Shown: positions 10,901 through 23,533 of the stretch, one piece after another | Position numbering within the stretch: the first letter of the stretch is position 1 | How the letters are laid out: the number at the start of each line of letters is the position of its first letter | Assembly (NCBI GenBank): GCA_002433895.1 | Contig: DJJA01000005.1 | Span: forward strand, 3,883 to 67,882 | DNA from: Candidatus Gottesmanbacteria bacterium UBA6580 | GTDB taxonomy: Bacteria; Patescibacteriota; Microgenomatia; UBA10105; UBA927 | DNA length: 64,000 bases | Direction of reading: 5' to 3' | The notes under the pieces: generated by a model | Told to the model about the DNA's origin: nothing | The model's database searches: none | Seen by the model: only the letters and a program-made list of their open reading frames with translations | Position numbers and translations under genes: made by a program

Positions 10901-11167
10901 GACCGGGTGCAAACGGTCGGGATGGTGGCGCAGGTGAAGAAAATTGTGACCAGAAACGGCGGCAGCGAGATGGCATTTATCCGGCTAGAGGATCTGTCCG
11001 GAAATATCGAAGTTGTGATTTTTCCCAAGATTTATGCGCGTACTTCACAAGTATGGGTACGCGATGCGGTGGTGATGATCGCAGGAAAAGTTGATCAGAA
11101 AGACGACCGGTTGGTGCTCCTTGCGGATGAGGTGCGCCCGGTAGACACCCGGAGCACACTGGCGTAG
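7937..11167 (+). CDS. dnaE: DNA polymerase III alpha subunit
   Basis: PHP domain HLHVHSEFSLLDG, GRGSAAGS, PDIDLDF, C-terminal OB fold; start moved to ATG 7937. Confidence 0.97.
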   Translation: MANFVHLHVHSEFSLLDGLGKLDQLINRTKELGMDTLAITDHGAMYGSFKFYLKAKAAGIKPIIGVETYVARRSRFDKEGKIDTDPYHLVLLAKNEVGYRNLLKLVTQAHLEGYYYKPRIDWDLLKDHHEGLIAFSSCLAGQVPQLLMQDKLKEAEEVASKYAELFGPDHYYIELQKHPNIPEIEETNKKLVALSRKLGLPLVATNDVHYVNADDAEAQEILLCVQTQRTIVEKNRPLSMMSSPDFYLRSPEEMTELFMQYPEAIENTVKIAAMCDITLSVGKWILPKFPVPNDDKPEVYLRALVEERLPNRYKNVTDEIKERINYELDIITKKGYATYFLIVSDFVNWAKSQKIGVGPGRGSAAGSVVSYILGITGIDPLFFHLPFERFLNPMRPSPPDIDLDFADDRRDEVIAYVTQRYGDDKVAQIITFGTMEARGAVRDAGRALGMPYAQPDRISKMIPPGAQGAGMTIDRAIEISPELSAAYRAEPETKRLLDVARKLEGVARHASVHAAGVVIADKPLVEYTPLQRESKGDRVVTQYDMYTVGEDGVGLLKMDFLGLRNLTIMAAALKFLEQTKNLAIDLYSLPLTDKKTFEMLAIGETTGVFQLESAGMRRYIKELKPTTIYDLMAMVALFRPGPMQVIPQYIARKNNPKSITYPDPRLADVLKQSYGLICYQDDVLLTAITLAGYSWGDADKLRKAVGKKIPSEMKKQQEKFIQGCVKNGMTQSKAEEVFHLIEPFAGYGFNKAHAACYAVIAYQTAYLKANYPVEYMTAVLTAESRANTGDTRDEKIAMIVAECKRTGITLLPPDINKSDIEFSIEDGKVRFGLSAIKNVGEAAIESILKTRVSDGVFTSFTDFLRRVDVSKVNKKTLESLIRTGAMDAFGSRAAILSTLETKLAQVHKDRKAASLGQTGLFDVGDPKEAAHHDHLPNIPELTSQELLAFEKQLLGFYLTAHPLEKVMERFSTMDSVTPIAQVTEERVGDRVQTVGMVAQVKKIVTRNGGSEMAFIRLEDLSGNIEVVIFPKIYARTSQVWVRDAVVMIAGKVDQKDDRLVLLADEVRPVDTRSTLA

Positions 11168-11175
11168 TGTATTTA

Positions 11176-11205
11176 TTGACGATCAAAAGTATTGTGGGAT
11201 ACAAT
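11176..11205 (+). promoter_or_regulatory. sigma70 promoter of the atp operon
   Basis: TTGACG-18nt-TACAAT, ATG 4 nt downstream. Confidence 0.55.
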
Positions 11206-11209
11206 AATT

Positions 11210-11536
11210 ATGGATAATACAAAGGAAGAGTTAGTTACATCTGAGGAAGAGTTTGATGTTATCTTAGAAGATGTTGAGACCGGTATCCGCCCACGGAAAG
11301 TGAAATCGGTAGAAAAAAAGAAGACACGAGGCGGCGGGTGGGAATATGCAGGGATTGCCGGGCAGATAGGATTTGAGATAGCATTACCAATGGTATTGGG
11401 ATTGGTCATAGGTACGAAGCTCGATGAGCGGTGGGGTACGCGTCCGAATGTGACGCTTATTTTATTTAGCCTCGGGTTAGTGCTCGCATGTACATCACTG
11501 ATACGTATTGTCCGGGAGGTTCTTGGTAAGCGATAA
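11210..11536 (+). CDS. AtpZ/AtpI family membrane protein
   Basis: Two TM helices with G..LD..W.T.P pattern; first gene of the atp operon. Confidence 0.8.
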   Translation: MDNTKEELVTSEEEFDVILEDVETGIRPRKVKSVEKKKTRGGGWEYAGIAGQIGFEIALPMVLGLVIGTKLDERWGTRPNVTLILFSLGLVLACTSLIRIVREVLGKR

Positions 11537-11563
11537 TTGCCGGATAGATTTTATTTTTAGGGC

Positions 11564-12490
11564 ATGACGTTACATATATCATTAGCAGCTGAACGCTTAT
11601 GGACAGTCTGGGGACTGCCCATTTCTAATTCGCTTCTCACCGCATGGGTAGTGATGGGGTTACTCATCGTACTATCTGTTCTTGCTACCCGGAAGCTCAC
11701 CATGGTGCCCAGCACCGGTCAGTTGATTGCAGAAACGTTGGTGGGTGGATTGCATGACTTTTTTGGCGCCATCGCCGGCAAGCGTCTCGATCAATTTTTT
11801 CCGCTTATCGCGTCATTGTTTATATTTATTCTCGCGGCGAACTGGGTAGGACTACTGCCGGGTGTTGGTACGGTAGGTTATTTCCGTTCGGAAAAAGCGG
11901 AAGCAGCGGTAGAACAACAAGCAGCCGTTATACCAGGTGCCGAAGTGGCAGTTCCTACCGAGGAAGATAGCCATGCGCCTGCCGCGGGTACAGTTGCCGA
12001 AGAAACCACCGCGTCTTCCGCCGCCGCAGCGACAAAAGAAGAGGATGGACACGGAAAAACCGCCTTTGTCCCTATTCTCCGCGGAGCGACCGCTGATTTA
12101 AATATGACGCTTGCACTCGCGGTTGTCGCAGTGATTGCCATGCAATATTTCGGTTTCCGTAATCTTGGTGCGCATTATCTCGGGCGGTTTGTCAATTTCA
12201 AAGACCCAATACTATTTAGCGTCGGTATCCTGGAGCTTGTTTCGGATATATCAAAGGTTGTGTCATTCGCGTTCCGTTTGTTCGGTAACATATTTGCGGG
12301 TGAAGTCCTGCTTGCTGTTATCGCGTTTCTTATGCCGTTTTTCCTGCCATTACCGTTTTTGATGCTCGAGTTGTTTGTCGGCGTTATCCAGGCATTGGTG
12401 TTTTCAATGTTAACAACCGCATTCTTGAACGTCGCGGTGTCACACGGAGAAGAAGAGCACGCTGCAGCTGAGCACCATGCATCAGCATGA
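11564..12490 (+). CDS. atpB: ATP synthase Fo subunit a
   Basis: NWVGLLPG, ATADLN, FRLFGNIFAGE, IQALVF. Confidence 0.96.
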   Translation: MTLHISLAAERLWTVWGLPISNSLLTAWVVMGLLIVLSVLATRKLTMVPSTGQLIAETLVGGLHDFFGAIAGKRLDQFFPLIASLFIFILAANWVGLLPGVGTVGYFRSEKAEAAVEQQAAVIPGAEVAVPTEEDSHAPAAGTVAEETTASSAAAATKEEDGHGKTAFVPILRGATADLNMTLALAVVAVIAMQYFGFRNLGAHYLGRFVNFKDPILFSVGILELVSDISKVVSFAFRLFGNIFAGEVLLAVIAFLMPFFLPLPFLMLELFVGVIQALVFSMLTTAFLNVAVSHGEEEHAAAEHHASA

Positions 12491-12587
12491 TGCATATTGC
12501 GCAAATATAGATTGAAGGTATACTTATAAACATTAATCGCTGGGGAATGATAAAAATTCCGAAGCAAAAAAGGGGGTGAGTTAGAAA

Positions 12588-12815
12588 ATGGATGAAGCAT
12601 CAATTCGTATTGTTATGATGGGTTTGACCGTAGCACTTGGTGGATTAGCACCAGCTATGGCCATCGGTTTACTCACCGGTAAAGCATTGGAAGCTATGGG
12701 TAGAAACCCCGAAGCTTCTGGAGAAATCCGGACAACCATGATTTTGGGAGTGGCTTTTGCAGAAGCAATTGCTATTTACTCACTCGTCATCGCGTTGATT
12801 ATTAAGTTTGTATAA
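12588..12815 (+). CDS. atpE: ATP synthase Fo subunit c (H+-type motif)
   Basis: GRNPEA loop, FAEAIAIY. Confidence 0.96.
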   Translation: MDEASIRIVMMGLTVALGGLAPAMAIGLLTGKALEAMGRNPEASGEIRTTMILGVAFAEAIAIYSLVIALIIKFV

Positions 12816-12838
12816 GGTTTGTAGAAGGAATAGATACC

Positions 12839-13354
12839 ATGGAAAAATTAGGTATAGAACCATCGTTGTTGTTGGCACAGGTCGTCAATTTTTTGGTGAT
12901 CATGGTTGTGCTGCAGAAGCTTCTCTATAAGCCAATTCTCACTATGTTGGAGAAGCGGAAAAAAGAGATTGCCGAAGGGTTACATCTGACGCAAAAAATG
13001 CGTGAGGAAGAAGAGCGCCTCAAAGAAAAGCAGGAAAAGGCGCTCGCCAAAGCCCGTGAGGACGCGCTGCAGATTATTGAAGACGCCAAGAAACAGGCAA
13101 AAGAAACAGAAAAAGAGTTGGTCGCCGAAGCACATACACAGGCGGCTGCTATTATCGCCCGTGCAAAAACTGAGGCTGAGGAGACCAAAAATGCGGCAAC
13201 CTCTGCTATCCGGCGTGAAGCAGTCGATTTGGCGGTCGTAATGGCAAAGCGGTTACTTACCTCTGTCATGGGGGTAAAAGAGCAGCATGCACTTATTTCC
13301 AAACGCGTCAAAGACCTGGAGAGTTGGGTCGCACGGGAGGAAAAAAAGTCCTGA
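12839..13354 (+). CDS. atpF: ATP synthase Fo subunit b
   Basis: N-terminal TM AQVVNFL, YKPI, coiled coil. Confidence 0.93.
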   Translation: MEKLGIEPSLLLAQVVNFLVIMVVLQKLLYKPILTMLEKRKKEIAEGLHLTQKMREEEERLKEKQEKALAKAREDALQIIEDAKKQAKETEKELVAEAHTQAAAIIARAKTEAEETKNAATSAIRREAVDLAVVMAKRLLTSVMGVKEQHALISKRVKDLESWVAREEKKS

Positions 13355-13379
13355 TAAAGGGCTATTCATAGAATACTGT

Positions 13380-13733
13380 ATGAAATCTGTTTCCAAAGAT
13401 GCTCGAGGATTTGTGGAAGGGGTAATTAGCCATCTGAAGCGTGGCAAATCGGGTAATGTTGCCCCGAAAGTGCAGTCATTGTTACTTAAAATGACGGCCA
13501 CCGCCAAACACGAACATCAGGCAAAAGTCGAGTCCGCGGTGAAACTGACAAGCGCTGAGATTCAGGCGATTGCCCGGGTATTATCGAAAGTCGCCGGACA
13601 CGAAGTGAGTCTGACGGCGGAAGTAAATCCCGCGCTTATCGGTGGACTGCGCATTACGATGGCAGATTGGGTGATGGATTCTAGTATCCGCAATGAACTG
13701 AAAGAAATGGCATCAATAGTTACTGTTTCCTAA
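13380..13733 (+). CDS. atpH: ATP synthase F1 delta (short form)
   Basis: VESAVKL, NPALIGGLRI, DSSIR; position between atpF and atpA. Confidence 0.88.
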   Translation: MKSVSKDARGFVEGVISHLKRGKSGNVAPKVQSLLLKMTATAKHEHQAKVESAVKLTSAEIQAIARVLSKVAGHEVSLTAEVNPALIGGLRITMADWVMDSSIRNELKEMASIVTVS

Positions 13734-13742
13734 ATTTATCGT

Positions 13743-15251
13743 ATGAAAACAAGCGCTGCATCATTTATCGCAAAAGAATTAGTCAAAAAGCTCGAAAGCT
13801 TTGAATCAAATGTAACCGCCCGGCGGGTCGGGTATGTGACGACGTTGGCAGACAGCGTCGCCAAGGCATCGGGTCTCCCGGGAGCCAAATACCTGGAGCT
13901 CGTGACGTTTGCAAATGGTGTGACGGGGGTCGTCGTAAATCTTGAAGAAGACGAAGTCGGTATCATGGTACTTGGTGATTATCTCACCCTCAAAGAAGGC
14001 GATGAGGTGCGAAGTACCGGAACATTACTTTCTGTGCCGGTCAGTGAGGCATTTTTAGGAAGAGTAATTAATCCACTCGGTATTCCTATTGATGGCAAGG
14101 GCAATGTGACGACAAAAACCCGGTACCCCATGGAACAGATAGCCTCCGGTGTCGTACACCGCCAGGCAGTCACGACCCCGCTTCAGACGGGTATCAAGGC
14201 GATCGACGCAATGATCCCGATTGGCCGCGGACAGCGGGAGCTTATTATCGGCGACCGTAGCACGGGGAAAACCGCCATTGCTGTTGACACGATTATCAAT
14301 CAGAAAGGCGAAGATGTTATCTGTATTTATATCGCGATCGGCCAGAAAACATCACGCGTGGCACAGGTTATCGCTGATTTAGAGAAACATAACGCTATGG
14401 CACACACGATTATCGTGTCTGCAAGCGCGAGTGATCCGGTGACGTACCAATATCTTGCGCCGTACGCCGGTTGCGCGATTGGTGAATACTTCATGGACAA
14501 AGGAAAAGACGTCTTAGTCATCTATGATGATCTTTCCAAACACGCATGGGCATACCGCCAGATTTCGCTTACACTCCGCAGGCCATCAGGCCGTGAGGCA
14601 TATCCGGGAGATGTATTTTATCTCCACAGCCGGTTGCTCGAGCGCGCGTGCCGGCTTTCCAAAGCACGGGGAGGCGGATCAATTACCGCGCTGCCGATTA
14701 TCGAAACACAAGCGGGAGACATGTCGGCTTACATTCCCACCAACGTTATTTCCATTACCGACGGCCAGATTTATCTGGAATCTGACTTGTTTAATAGCGG
14801 GCAGCGGCCGGCAGTAAACGTCGGGCTTTCGGTGTCGCGTGTCGGCGGAAGCGCGCAGATAAAAGCCATGAAAAAGGTCGCGGGTAATCTCCGTCTCGAC
14901 TTGGCACAATTCCGGGATTTGGCAGCATTTGCCCAGTTTGCTGCTGACGTCGATGAAACGACCAAAAAACAAATCGCGCGGGGAAGCCGCATGATGGAGC
15001 TTTTGAAACAGGGGCAATTCCAGCCGGTATCGGTCGCCGCTCAGGTCGTGATTATGTGGGCAGGAGCCAAGGGTCATCTTGATGACATTCCGGTTAAGCG
15101 GATTACTGATTTTGAACAGCAATTCATCGCGTACGTCCAGGCACGCCAAAAGAAGGCACTCACCGCAATCGCGAAAGAAAAGGTGATGTCGCCAGAGGTG
15201 GAAAAAAGCCTGGAAGCAGCAATAGCTGACTTTAAAAAAGGATTTAACTAA
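13743..15251 (+). CDS. atpA: ATP synthase F1 alpha
   Basis: [27 protein letters not shown]. Confidence 0.98.
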   Translation: MKTSAASFIAKELVKKLESFESNVTARRVGYVTTLADSVAKASGLPGAKYLELVTFANGVTGVVVNLEEDEVGIMVLGDYLTLKEGDEVRSTGTLLSVPVSEAFLGRVINPLGIPIDGKGNVTTKTRYPMEQIASGVVHRQAVTTPLQTGIKAIDAMIPIGRGQRELIIGDRSTGKTAIAVDTIINQKGEDVICIYIAIGQKTSRVAQVIADLEKHNAMAHTIIVSASASDPVTYQYLAPYAGCAIGEYFMDKGKDVLVIYDDLSKHAWAYRQISLTLRRPSGREAYPGDVFYLHSRLLERACRLSKARGGGSITALPIIETQAGDMSAYIPTNVISITDGQIYLESDLFNSGQRPAVNVGLSVSRVGGSAQIKAMKKVAGNLRLDLAQFRDLAAFAQFAADVDETTKKQIARGSRMMELLKQGQFQPVSVAAQVVIMWAGAKGHLDDIPVKRITDFEQQFIAYVQARQKKALTAIAKEKVMSPEVEKSLEAAIADFKKGFN

Positions 15252-15257
15252 TCATTC

Positions 15258-17539
<2,282 letters not shown>

Positions 17540-17542
17540 CCC

Positions 17543-17968
17543 ATGCAATTTCTTCTTGATGTCATTACGCCGCAGCGGAAAGCGTTTTCGGAAATGGTAG
17601 ACGCGGTTTCCGTGCCGACCCCTGACGGCACCATAGAAGTGCTTTCCAAGCACCAGCCATTGTTTACGCAGTTAGCCCCCGGCGAAGTAAAAATTATTGC
17701 CGGCGGCAAGGAGTATTATCTTGCTATCGGCGGGGGATTTATGGAAGTCCGCCGCAAAGGAGAAACAACAATCCTTGTTTCCCGTGCGGTGCGGGCGGAT
17801 GAAATAAACGAAGCAGAAATCAAAAAAGCAATGGATTCCGCGAAGGATCTGATCGCGAGAAAAGCCAAAGGTGAAGAATTGGCATCGGCAATCGCGGTAC
17901 TGCAGCGATCGATGCTCGAACTCAAAGTAAGCAAACGGAAGCACCGCGCGCCCTACCGCATCCAGTAA
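17543..17968 (+). CDS. atpC: ATP synthase F1 epsilon
   Basis: VITP, GGFMEV, C-terminal helical hairpin. Confidence 0.93.
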   Translation: MQFLLDVITPQRKAFSEMVDAVSVPTPDGTIEVLSKHQPLFTQLAPGEVKIIAGGKEYYLAIGGGFMEVRRKGETTILVSRAVRADEINEAEIKKAMDSAKDLIARKAKGEELASAIAVLQRSMLELKVSKRKHRAPYRIQ

Positions 17969-18025
17969 TTCCTCTGATATTGACAGTCGCTTCTTTGTGT
18001 GTGCTATACTTTCTAAAATTACATC

Positions 18026-18547
18026 ATGACTGTATCAGAGATAATGACCAGAGATGTGATGACCGTAAGCCCGGACTCCACCTATCGTGACCTCTGCAAA
18101 AAGATTTTTACCTCGCATATCCATACCCTCCCTGTCGTCACCCGTGACAATAAGCTCGTCGGCATAGTGACCCGTAGAGATATCCTCGAGCGGATTTATC
18201 CCAAGTATCAGGACGTGATGGATTATCTGGAGACACCGCAGGATTTTGAAGCCATGGAAGAGCGTATCAAAGACATGGCGCCTATTAAAGCCAAGGATAT
18301 TATGTGTAAAACCGTCATTTTCGCCCGTGAAACGACGCTCGTGATGCGCGCGCTTTCGCGGATGATCGTGCGGCATGTCGACCAGTTGCCGATATTAAAT
18401 GATGACGACCAGGTGGTGGGTATGGTGACCAAGGGGGATATTTTTTATTCGCTATTCCGCAAGCACATGGCGGGCGAGCGCCGGCCGGACAGAGTACGGC
18501 AGGAAACGGAAAAACGTCAGCGTGTCAAACAGCGTAAGGTAAAATAA
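18026..18547 (+). CDS. CBS-pair domain protein
   Basis: IMTRDVMTV/LPVV/GIVT and IMCKTV/LPIL/GMVT repeats. Confidence 0.9.
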   Translation: MTVSEIMTRDVMTVSPDSTYRDLCKKIFTSHIHTLPVVTRDNKLVGIVTRRDILERIYPKYQDVMDYLETPQDFEAMEERIKDMAPIKAKDIMCKTVIFARETTLVMRALSRMIVRHVDQLPILNDDDQVVGMVTKGDIFYSLFRKHMAGERRPDRVRQETEKRQRVKQRKVK

Positions 18548-18581
18548 CCGGAAATTATACTCCCAGTCAGACGGTAAAAAG

Positions 18582-18610
18582 TTGACGGGGAGGGTATTTT
18601 TTGGTATCTT
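18582..18610 (+). promoter_or_regulatory. pyrG promoter (leaderless), overlapping a hairpin plus T-run
   Basis: TTGACG-17nt-TATCTT, ATG 5 nt later. Confidence 0.55.
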
Positions 18611-18615
18611 AAACC

Positions 18616-20298
18616 ATGCACTCTACAGAAACCAAATATATTTTTGTTTCTGGCGGGGTACTCTCAGGATTAGGAAAGGGGATTACCACCGCTTCTATTG
18701 GCTTCCTTCTTCAGGCAAGAGGTTATCGGGTCACCCCCGTAAAATTTGAAAACTACCTCAACGTCGATTCCGGCCTTATCAATCCTATTGAGCACGGTGA
18801 TCCGTTTCTGTGTGATGACGGCACTGAAGCTGACATGGACATGGGAACCTATGAGAAATTTCTGGGTAAAAATGTCCACCGGCACAATTTCGTGACCATG
18901 GGACAGATATATACTGCCGTTATCAACCGTGAACGGAATTTTGAATATAAAGGCGAAGATGTTGAGGCTATCCCCCATATCACCGACGAAATTCTTAAGC
19001 GGATAGAAGACGCAGCGAAAAAAGATGACGCGGAAATCGTGGTAATCGAGCTTGGCGGTACCGCTGGTGAATACCAAAACATGCTCTACTATGAAGCATC
19101 CCGGATTTTGAAAACGGTGAAAAAAGCTCCCGTCGTGCACGTGCATGTGAGTTATTTGCCCACTCCGCATCATCTCGGGGAGCCTAAAACAAAGCCAACA
19201 CAGCTTTCCGTAAAGTTTTTACTTTCAATGGGTATCCAACCGGACTTTATCGTTTGCCGTGGTGAAAAGGCGATCGATGTGAGACGCAGGGAACGGCTGG
19301 CGATGTTTTGTAATGTCGATGCGGATAACGTCATCAGCAATCCCGATGAAGATACGCCGTATGCCGTGCCCCGGACATTTGAAGAACAGGGGTTTGCGCA
19401 GAAAATCCTGAAGCTATTTGGATTACCTGACCGACCGGTGGAGATGGAAAAATGGACGCAACTATTGGCGCGAGTCAAGGAAAGCAAAAAGAAAGTGATC
19501 GAAGTTGCTATCGTGGGGAAGTACTTTGGAACGGGTGATTATGAGCTCCGGGATTCGTACGCCGCGCTGATGGACTCTCTTGATCATGCCGGGTGGGCAG
19601 AGGGCGTCACGGTCAAAACACGTTGGGTAAACTCCGAAAAGATAGAAAAAGGAAAAAAGCCGGAAGAGCTGCTCAAAGGGGTCGCCGGCGTTATTGTGCC
19701 CATAGGGTGGGGAGCACGGGGTGTGGAAGGAATGCTTGAGGCTATCCGGTTTGCACGGGAACAGAAAATTCCCTACCTTGGGCTTTGTTATGGCATGCAA
19801 CTTGCCGTTGTGGAATACGCGCGGAATGTCTTGCAGCTAAAGGGCGCCAATACGACCGAATGTGACGAAAAGACACCGTTTCCGGTGATCCACATGAATC
19901 CGATGCAGGAAGAGAATCAGAAGCGCCGGGCGTATGGCGGCACCATGCGGCTCGGGAGATGGGAGTGTAAAGTAAAGGAAGGCTCACTCGCCGATCAAAG
20001 TTACCTTACGCACAAAGGTTATAGTGACGAAAGCAAGAAAACCGTATGGGAACGTCACCGGCACCGATACGAGTTTAACGACGAGTTCGCCACACAATTG
20101 GAAGAAAAAGGGTTGATATTTTCCGGGCGGTCAATCGTCGAAAACCTGGCGGAAATTATTGAATTACCCACGAGTGTGCACCCGTTTTTCCTCGGTACCC
20201 AGTATCATCCGGAATACCGTTCAAGCCCCTTAGTTCCCCATCCATTATTTATCAGCTATATCCGAGCTTGTATCAATCAGGCTGGGATGGTAAAATAA
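18616..20298 (+). CDS. pyrG: CTP synthase
   Basis: [28 protein letters not shown]. Confidence 0.97.
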   Translation: MHSTETKYIFVSGGVLSGLGKGITTASIGFLLQARGYRVTPVKFENYLNVDSGLINPIEHGDPFLCDDGTEADMDMGTYEKFLGKNVHRHNFVTMGQIYTAVINRERNFEYKGEDVEAIPHITDEILKRIEDAAKKDDAEIVVIELGGTAGEYQNMLYYEASRILKTVKKAPVVHVHVSYLPTPHHLGEPKTKPTQLSVKFLLSMGIQPDFIVCRGEKAIDVRRRERLAMFCNVDADNVISNPDEDTPYAVPRTFEEQGFAQKILKLFGLPDRPVEMEKWTQLLARVKESKKKVIEVAIVGKYFGTGDYELRDSYAALMDSLDHAGWAEGVTVKTRWVNSEKIEKGKKPEELLKGVAGVIVPIGWGARGVEGMLEAIRFAREQKIPYLGLCYGMQLAVVEYARNVLQLKGANTTECDEKTPFPVIHMNPMQEENQKRRAYGGTMRLGRWECKVKEGSLADQSYLTHKGYSDESKKTVWERHRHRYEFNDEFATQLEEKGLIFSGRSIVENLAEIIELPTSVHPFFLGTQYHPEYRSSPLVPHPLFISYIRACINQAGMVK

Positions 20299-20308
20299 GC
20301 ATCTTACT

Positions 20309-20719
20309 ATGGCTAACCACATTGTTTGGACTGGCAAAGACGGTGAAAAAGATCTGAGCGTCGACATGCATGTCGGCGACACGGTCCGTGTGCATTACAA
20401 GCTCATCGAAAAAGAAAAAGTAGCCGGTAAAACCAAGCGGGAAGTCAAAGAAGAGACCCGTGAGCGTATTCAGGTATTTGAAGGTATCGTAATTTCCGTG
20501 AAAGGAAGCGGGGTAAACGCAATGTTTACCGTCCGCAAAATCGGCGCAGCGGCAGTCGGTATTGAGCGTATTTTCCCGTTAATTTCCCCATGGATCCGCA
20601 AGATTGAAGTGAAAAAGCGTGGCGTTACCCGCCGCGCGAAGCTGTACTATCTGCGTGGTAAGATAGGTAAAGATGCTACCCGGATTGCAGAAGTCACCCC
20701 CACACAGGCCGCGAAATAA
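20309..20719 (+). CDS. rplS: 50S ribosomal protein L19
   Basis: [30 protein letters not shown]. Confidence 0.95.
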   Translation: MANHIVWTGKDGEKDLSVDMHVGDTVRVHYKLIEKEKVAGKTKREVKEETRERIQVFEGIVISVKGSGVNAMFTVRKIGAAAVGIERIFPLISPWIRKIEVKKRGVTRRAKLYYLRGKIGKDATRIAEVTPTQAAK

Positions 20720-21068
20720 TACCGGCGCGTACGGCGAACAGCTGGCGGTTTCCTATCTTCAGCATCATCATTTCCGAATACTTGAACGGAATTACCGTGC
20801 GGGTCACGGTGAAATCGATATAATTGCGGTTTGGCGGGACACGCTGGTCTTTGTGGAGGTGAAAACACGCATATCGTTTTCCTACGGGCGTCCGGAAGAT
20901 GCAATCAGCAGGAGAAAGCTTCAGGAAATTACGCGTACCGCGCTGATGTATAAACACGGTCACCCGGAGCTTCCGGAGAGTCTCCGTATTGATGTGATTG
21001 CCATCGTGCTCGCTTCATCCGGCGGCGAAGTTATATCTTTCGAGCATATTCCAAATATCACGTTATGA
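20673..21068 (+). CDS. YraN family endonuclease-like protein
   Basis: [28 protein letters not shown]; start uncertain. Confidence 0.88.
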   Translation: MLPGLQKSPPHRPRNNTGAYGEQLAVSYLQHHHFRILERNYRAGHGEIDIIAVWRDTLVFVEVKTRISFSYGRPEDAISRRKLQEITRTALMYKHGHPELPESLRIDVIAIVLASSGGEVISFEHIPNITL

Positions 21069-21758
21069 CCGTGATTGGCGGGATGTCTTTTCGTGGTCGT
21101 GTTTTATCTTCATGTCGATATCCCAGATGGTTTTCTGCGCGCGGTAAATGTTTATCACAAGATAGAGGATATTAAGTCCGAAAAAAGCTAAAAGCAGCGG
21201 CACAAAAATAATACGGTCAAGAAAAATAAGCATGGTGTTGATAATAATCACCAGCACCCGGAATTCCGACGGTCCGAAGCCTTCTTTTGCGAGTTCCAGC
21301 TGTCCTGTGGCGCCAAAATAAAGAATTACATGGACAAAATACGCCGCGCTTATGGCAAGTACCACAAGCAGTACATATTTGTATTCGTAGGGCGTCAGAA
21401 ACCAGTAACTCATGACAATCGCACACAGAAACAGGTAATCGAGAAAATGATCCATGTAAAATCCCCATTTGATAAGCCCGGTATTCCGGTAACGTCCGAC
21501 TTCACCATCAAGACGGTCAGTAATTGCCTGCGCGAATACGCCGAATGACATGAGCCACAGATAGTGAATATTTTGGATGGCGAGATATCCTCCGACCAGA
21601 ATAAATCCGATCCAGAGGAAAGTTGCCAGCGTGAGATGATATGTTTCAAGCCAGGGCGGCAAATGCGGGATAACGGTTTTCGCGAACGTATCTTCCGTAC
21701 TTTTGAGGAACCAGAAGCCGCGTTTGTCGGCCAGTTTGTTAAACCGCTTGTGTTGCAT
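21063..21758 (-). CDS. CDP-alcohol phosphatidyltransferase family protein
   Basis: D..DG..GR...G...D...D signature; multi-TM. Confidence 0.85.
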   Translation of the reverse strand: MQHKRFNKLADKRGFWFLKSTEDTFAKTVIPHLPPWLETYHLTLATFLWIGFILVGGYLAIQNIHYLWLMSFGVFAQAITDRLDGEVGRYRNTGLIKWGFYMDHFLDYLFLCAIVMSYWFLTPYEYKYVLLVVLAISAAYFVHVILYFGATGQLELAKEGFGPSEFRVLVIIINTMLIFLDRIIFVPLLLAFFGLNILYLVINIYRAQKTIWDIDMKIKHDHEKTSRQSRS

Positions 21759-21843
21759 TAGCTCTATTCTACTCCTGAGGGCGAGCGGATGGTAACCCCG
21801 TAAAAAAAGCGGGAAGTACCCTTTCCTTGGTATAATAGATCAC

Positions 21844-22590
21844 ATGACTATCCGTGAGATTAGCTTTGTGGCGTTACCGTTTATCGTGGCCATTGTGGTT
21901 AACAAGCTGCTGCAGCGGTTTATCCGTGTGCCAAAAAACCTGGATTCTGCCAGAACCGCTACGTATATCACCGTGCTCAAAAGCATGCTCACATTCATTA
22001 TCTACGCAATCGCCGGCTACATGACGTTTCAGGCCCTCAAGATCGATATGACGCCGGTATTTGCCTCTGCAGGAGTGTTGGGTATTATCATCGGTTTGGG
22101 ACTGCGCTCATTTATCGAAGATATCTTTACCGGTATATTTATATTGACCGAAGATACCATCAGGGTCGGTGATTATGTTGATATTGGTGGATCAGAGGGG
22201 ATCACTGAATCCCTCGGGCTACGCACCGTACGGATACGTGATAAAAATGGCGCCGTGCATATATTCCCCAACCGGGAAATCAAAAAAATCATCAATTATT
22301 CAAAACGTCAGGCGAGGGTGATTGCTGATTTTCCTATTAAATCAAACCAACCACTTGATGGTGTGCTTACGGCGTTGGGTCACGCGATGTCGGAAATAAA
22401 GAAGGATAAACGTCTGGGGCAGTATATACAGGAAAACTCGCGGATTGAAGGCGTCGAAGCGATTAACCCCGGGCATGTCGTGGTACGGGTGCTTATTCTG
22501 ACCCGTGCATCAGAACGGTGGAACGCTGCAAGAACATTCCGGAAGCTCGCCCTTCAGGAACTGGAAAAAGCCAATATCCTCCTTGCCTAA
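21844..22590 (+). CDS. MscS family mechanosensitive channel
   Basis: SAGVLG..IGLG, IRVGDYV, GLRTV, PN motifs; TATAAT at 21831. Confidence 0.9.
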   Translation: MTIREISFVALPFIVAIVVNKLLQRFIRVPKNLDSARTATYITVLKSMLTFIIYAIAGYMTFQALKIDMTPVFASAGVLGIIIGLGLRSFIEDIFTGIFILTEDTIRVGDYVDIGGSEGITESLGLRTVRIRDKNGAVHIFPNREIKKIINYSKRQARVIADFPIKSNQPLDGVLTALGHAMSEIKKDKRLGQYIQENSRIEGVEAINPGHVVVRVLILTRASERWNAARTFRKLALQELEKANILLA

Positions 22591-22593
22591 CGG

Positions 22594-23532
22594 TTATCCC
22601 TTTGGCAAAAACGAGCGGTATTGTGCAATAAGCGGCGCGCTGCCCAGCGCAATAGGTACCCGTTGGTCGTGCTTTACCGGGACGAGTTCCAATGGATTGG
22701 TCATGCCGCTTGTGGCATCTCCCCCTGCCTGGATCATGAGAAATGAAAGGGGAGCCACTTCGTAAAGTAAACGGAGCTTGCCGCTCTCGTGTTTCTTGTC
22801 GGCGGGATAGATAAATATGCCGCCTTTCAGTAGCGTGCGGTGGATATCCGCGACCATGGAGCCGATGTACCGGCCAGAAAAATCACCCGCGCTTTTTACT
22901 GCCGTGAGATAATTTTTTTCGGCATCAAAGAATAGCTCCCAGTTACCCTCGTTTATGGCGTAGTATTTCTTGTCGCCTACCCGCACGTTTTCATAGCTTA
23001 AAACAAATGTCTCCTGCACAGGATCAAAGGTAAATCCATTAACCGACCCTTTTACCGCGTAAAAAAGGAGCATGCTGGGTCCGTACAAAATATACCCTGA
23101 CGCTACCTGGGTACTTCCCTTCTGCAAAATAGAGTCTGCCTTGGGGTAGATTCCAAAAATCGTCCCAATCGGGAGGTTAGTGTCTATATTGCTTGATCCG
23201 TCGACCGGATCATGGGTGAGCGTAAACACACCCGTGCCGTTTCCCGATGTTTTTGGCGTTTCGAGTTCCTCAGAGCCAACGGCATGGATTGCCGGACACG
23301 CAAGCAGCGCGTCAGTGAGCGTTTTATCGGCATACGCGTCCAGTTTCTGCACGTTTTCGCCATACACGTTGGTGCCGCCTGAGTCTCCTGATTCATCGAT
23401 CAGCCCGTTCCGCGAAACTTTTTCGCGGATGGTTTTGGCGAACGACTCCAATACATCCATAACCTGGGCAAACGGCTCGCCGAGGTCAGCGTTGTGTTGG
23501 TGAACAAATTCATGAAGGGTAACTCGTGCCAT
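22594..23532 (-). CDS. fbp: Fructose-1,6-bisphosphatase class I
   Basis: DPVDGSSNID, RYIGSMVADIHRTL, GKLRLLYE. Confidence 0.95.
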   Translation of the reverse strand: MARVTLHEFVHQHNADLGEPFAQVMDVLESFAKTIREKVSRNGLIDESGDSGGTNVYGENVQKLDAYADKTLTDALLACPAIHAVGSEELETPKTSGNGTGVFTLTHDPVDGSSNIDTNLPIGTIFGIYPKADSILQKGSTQVASGYILYGPSMLLFYAVKGSVNGFTFDPVQETFVLSYENVRVGDKKYYAINEGNWELFFDAEKNYLTAVKSAGDFSGRYIGSMVADIHRTLLKGGIFIYPADKKHESGKLRLLYEVAPLSFLMIQAGGDATSGMTNPLELVPVKHDQRVPIALGSAPLIAQYRSFLPKG

Positions 23533-23533
23533 A

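Noticed and set aside
7937-11167. Possible intein in DnaE
   Set aside because: Length is normal and motifs are contiguous; no intein-like block.
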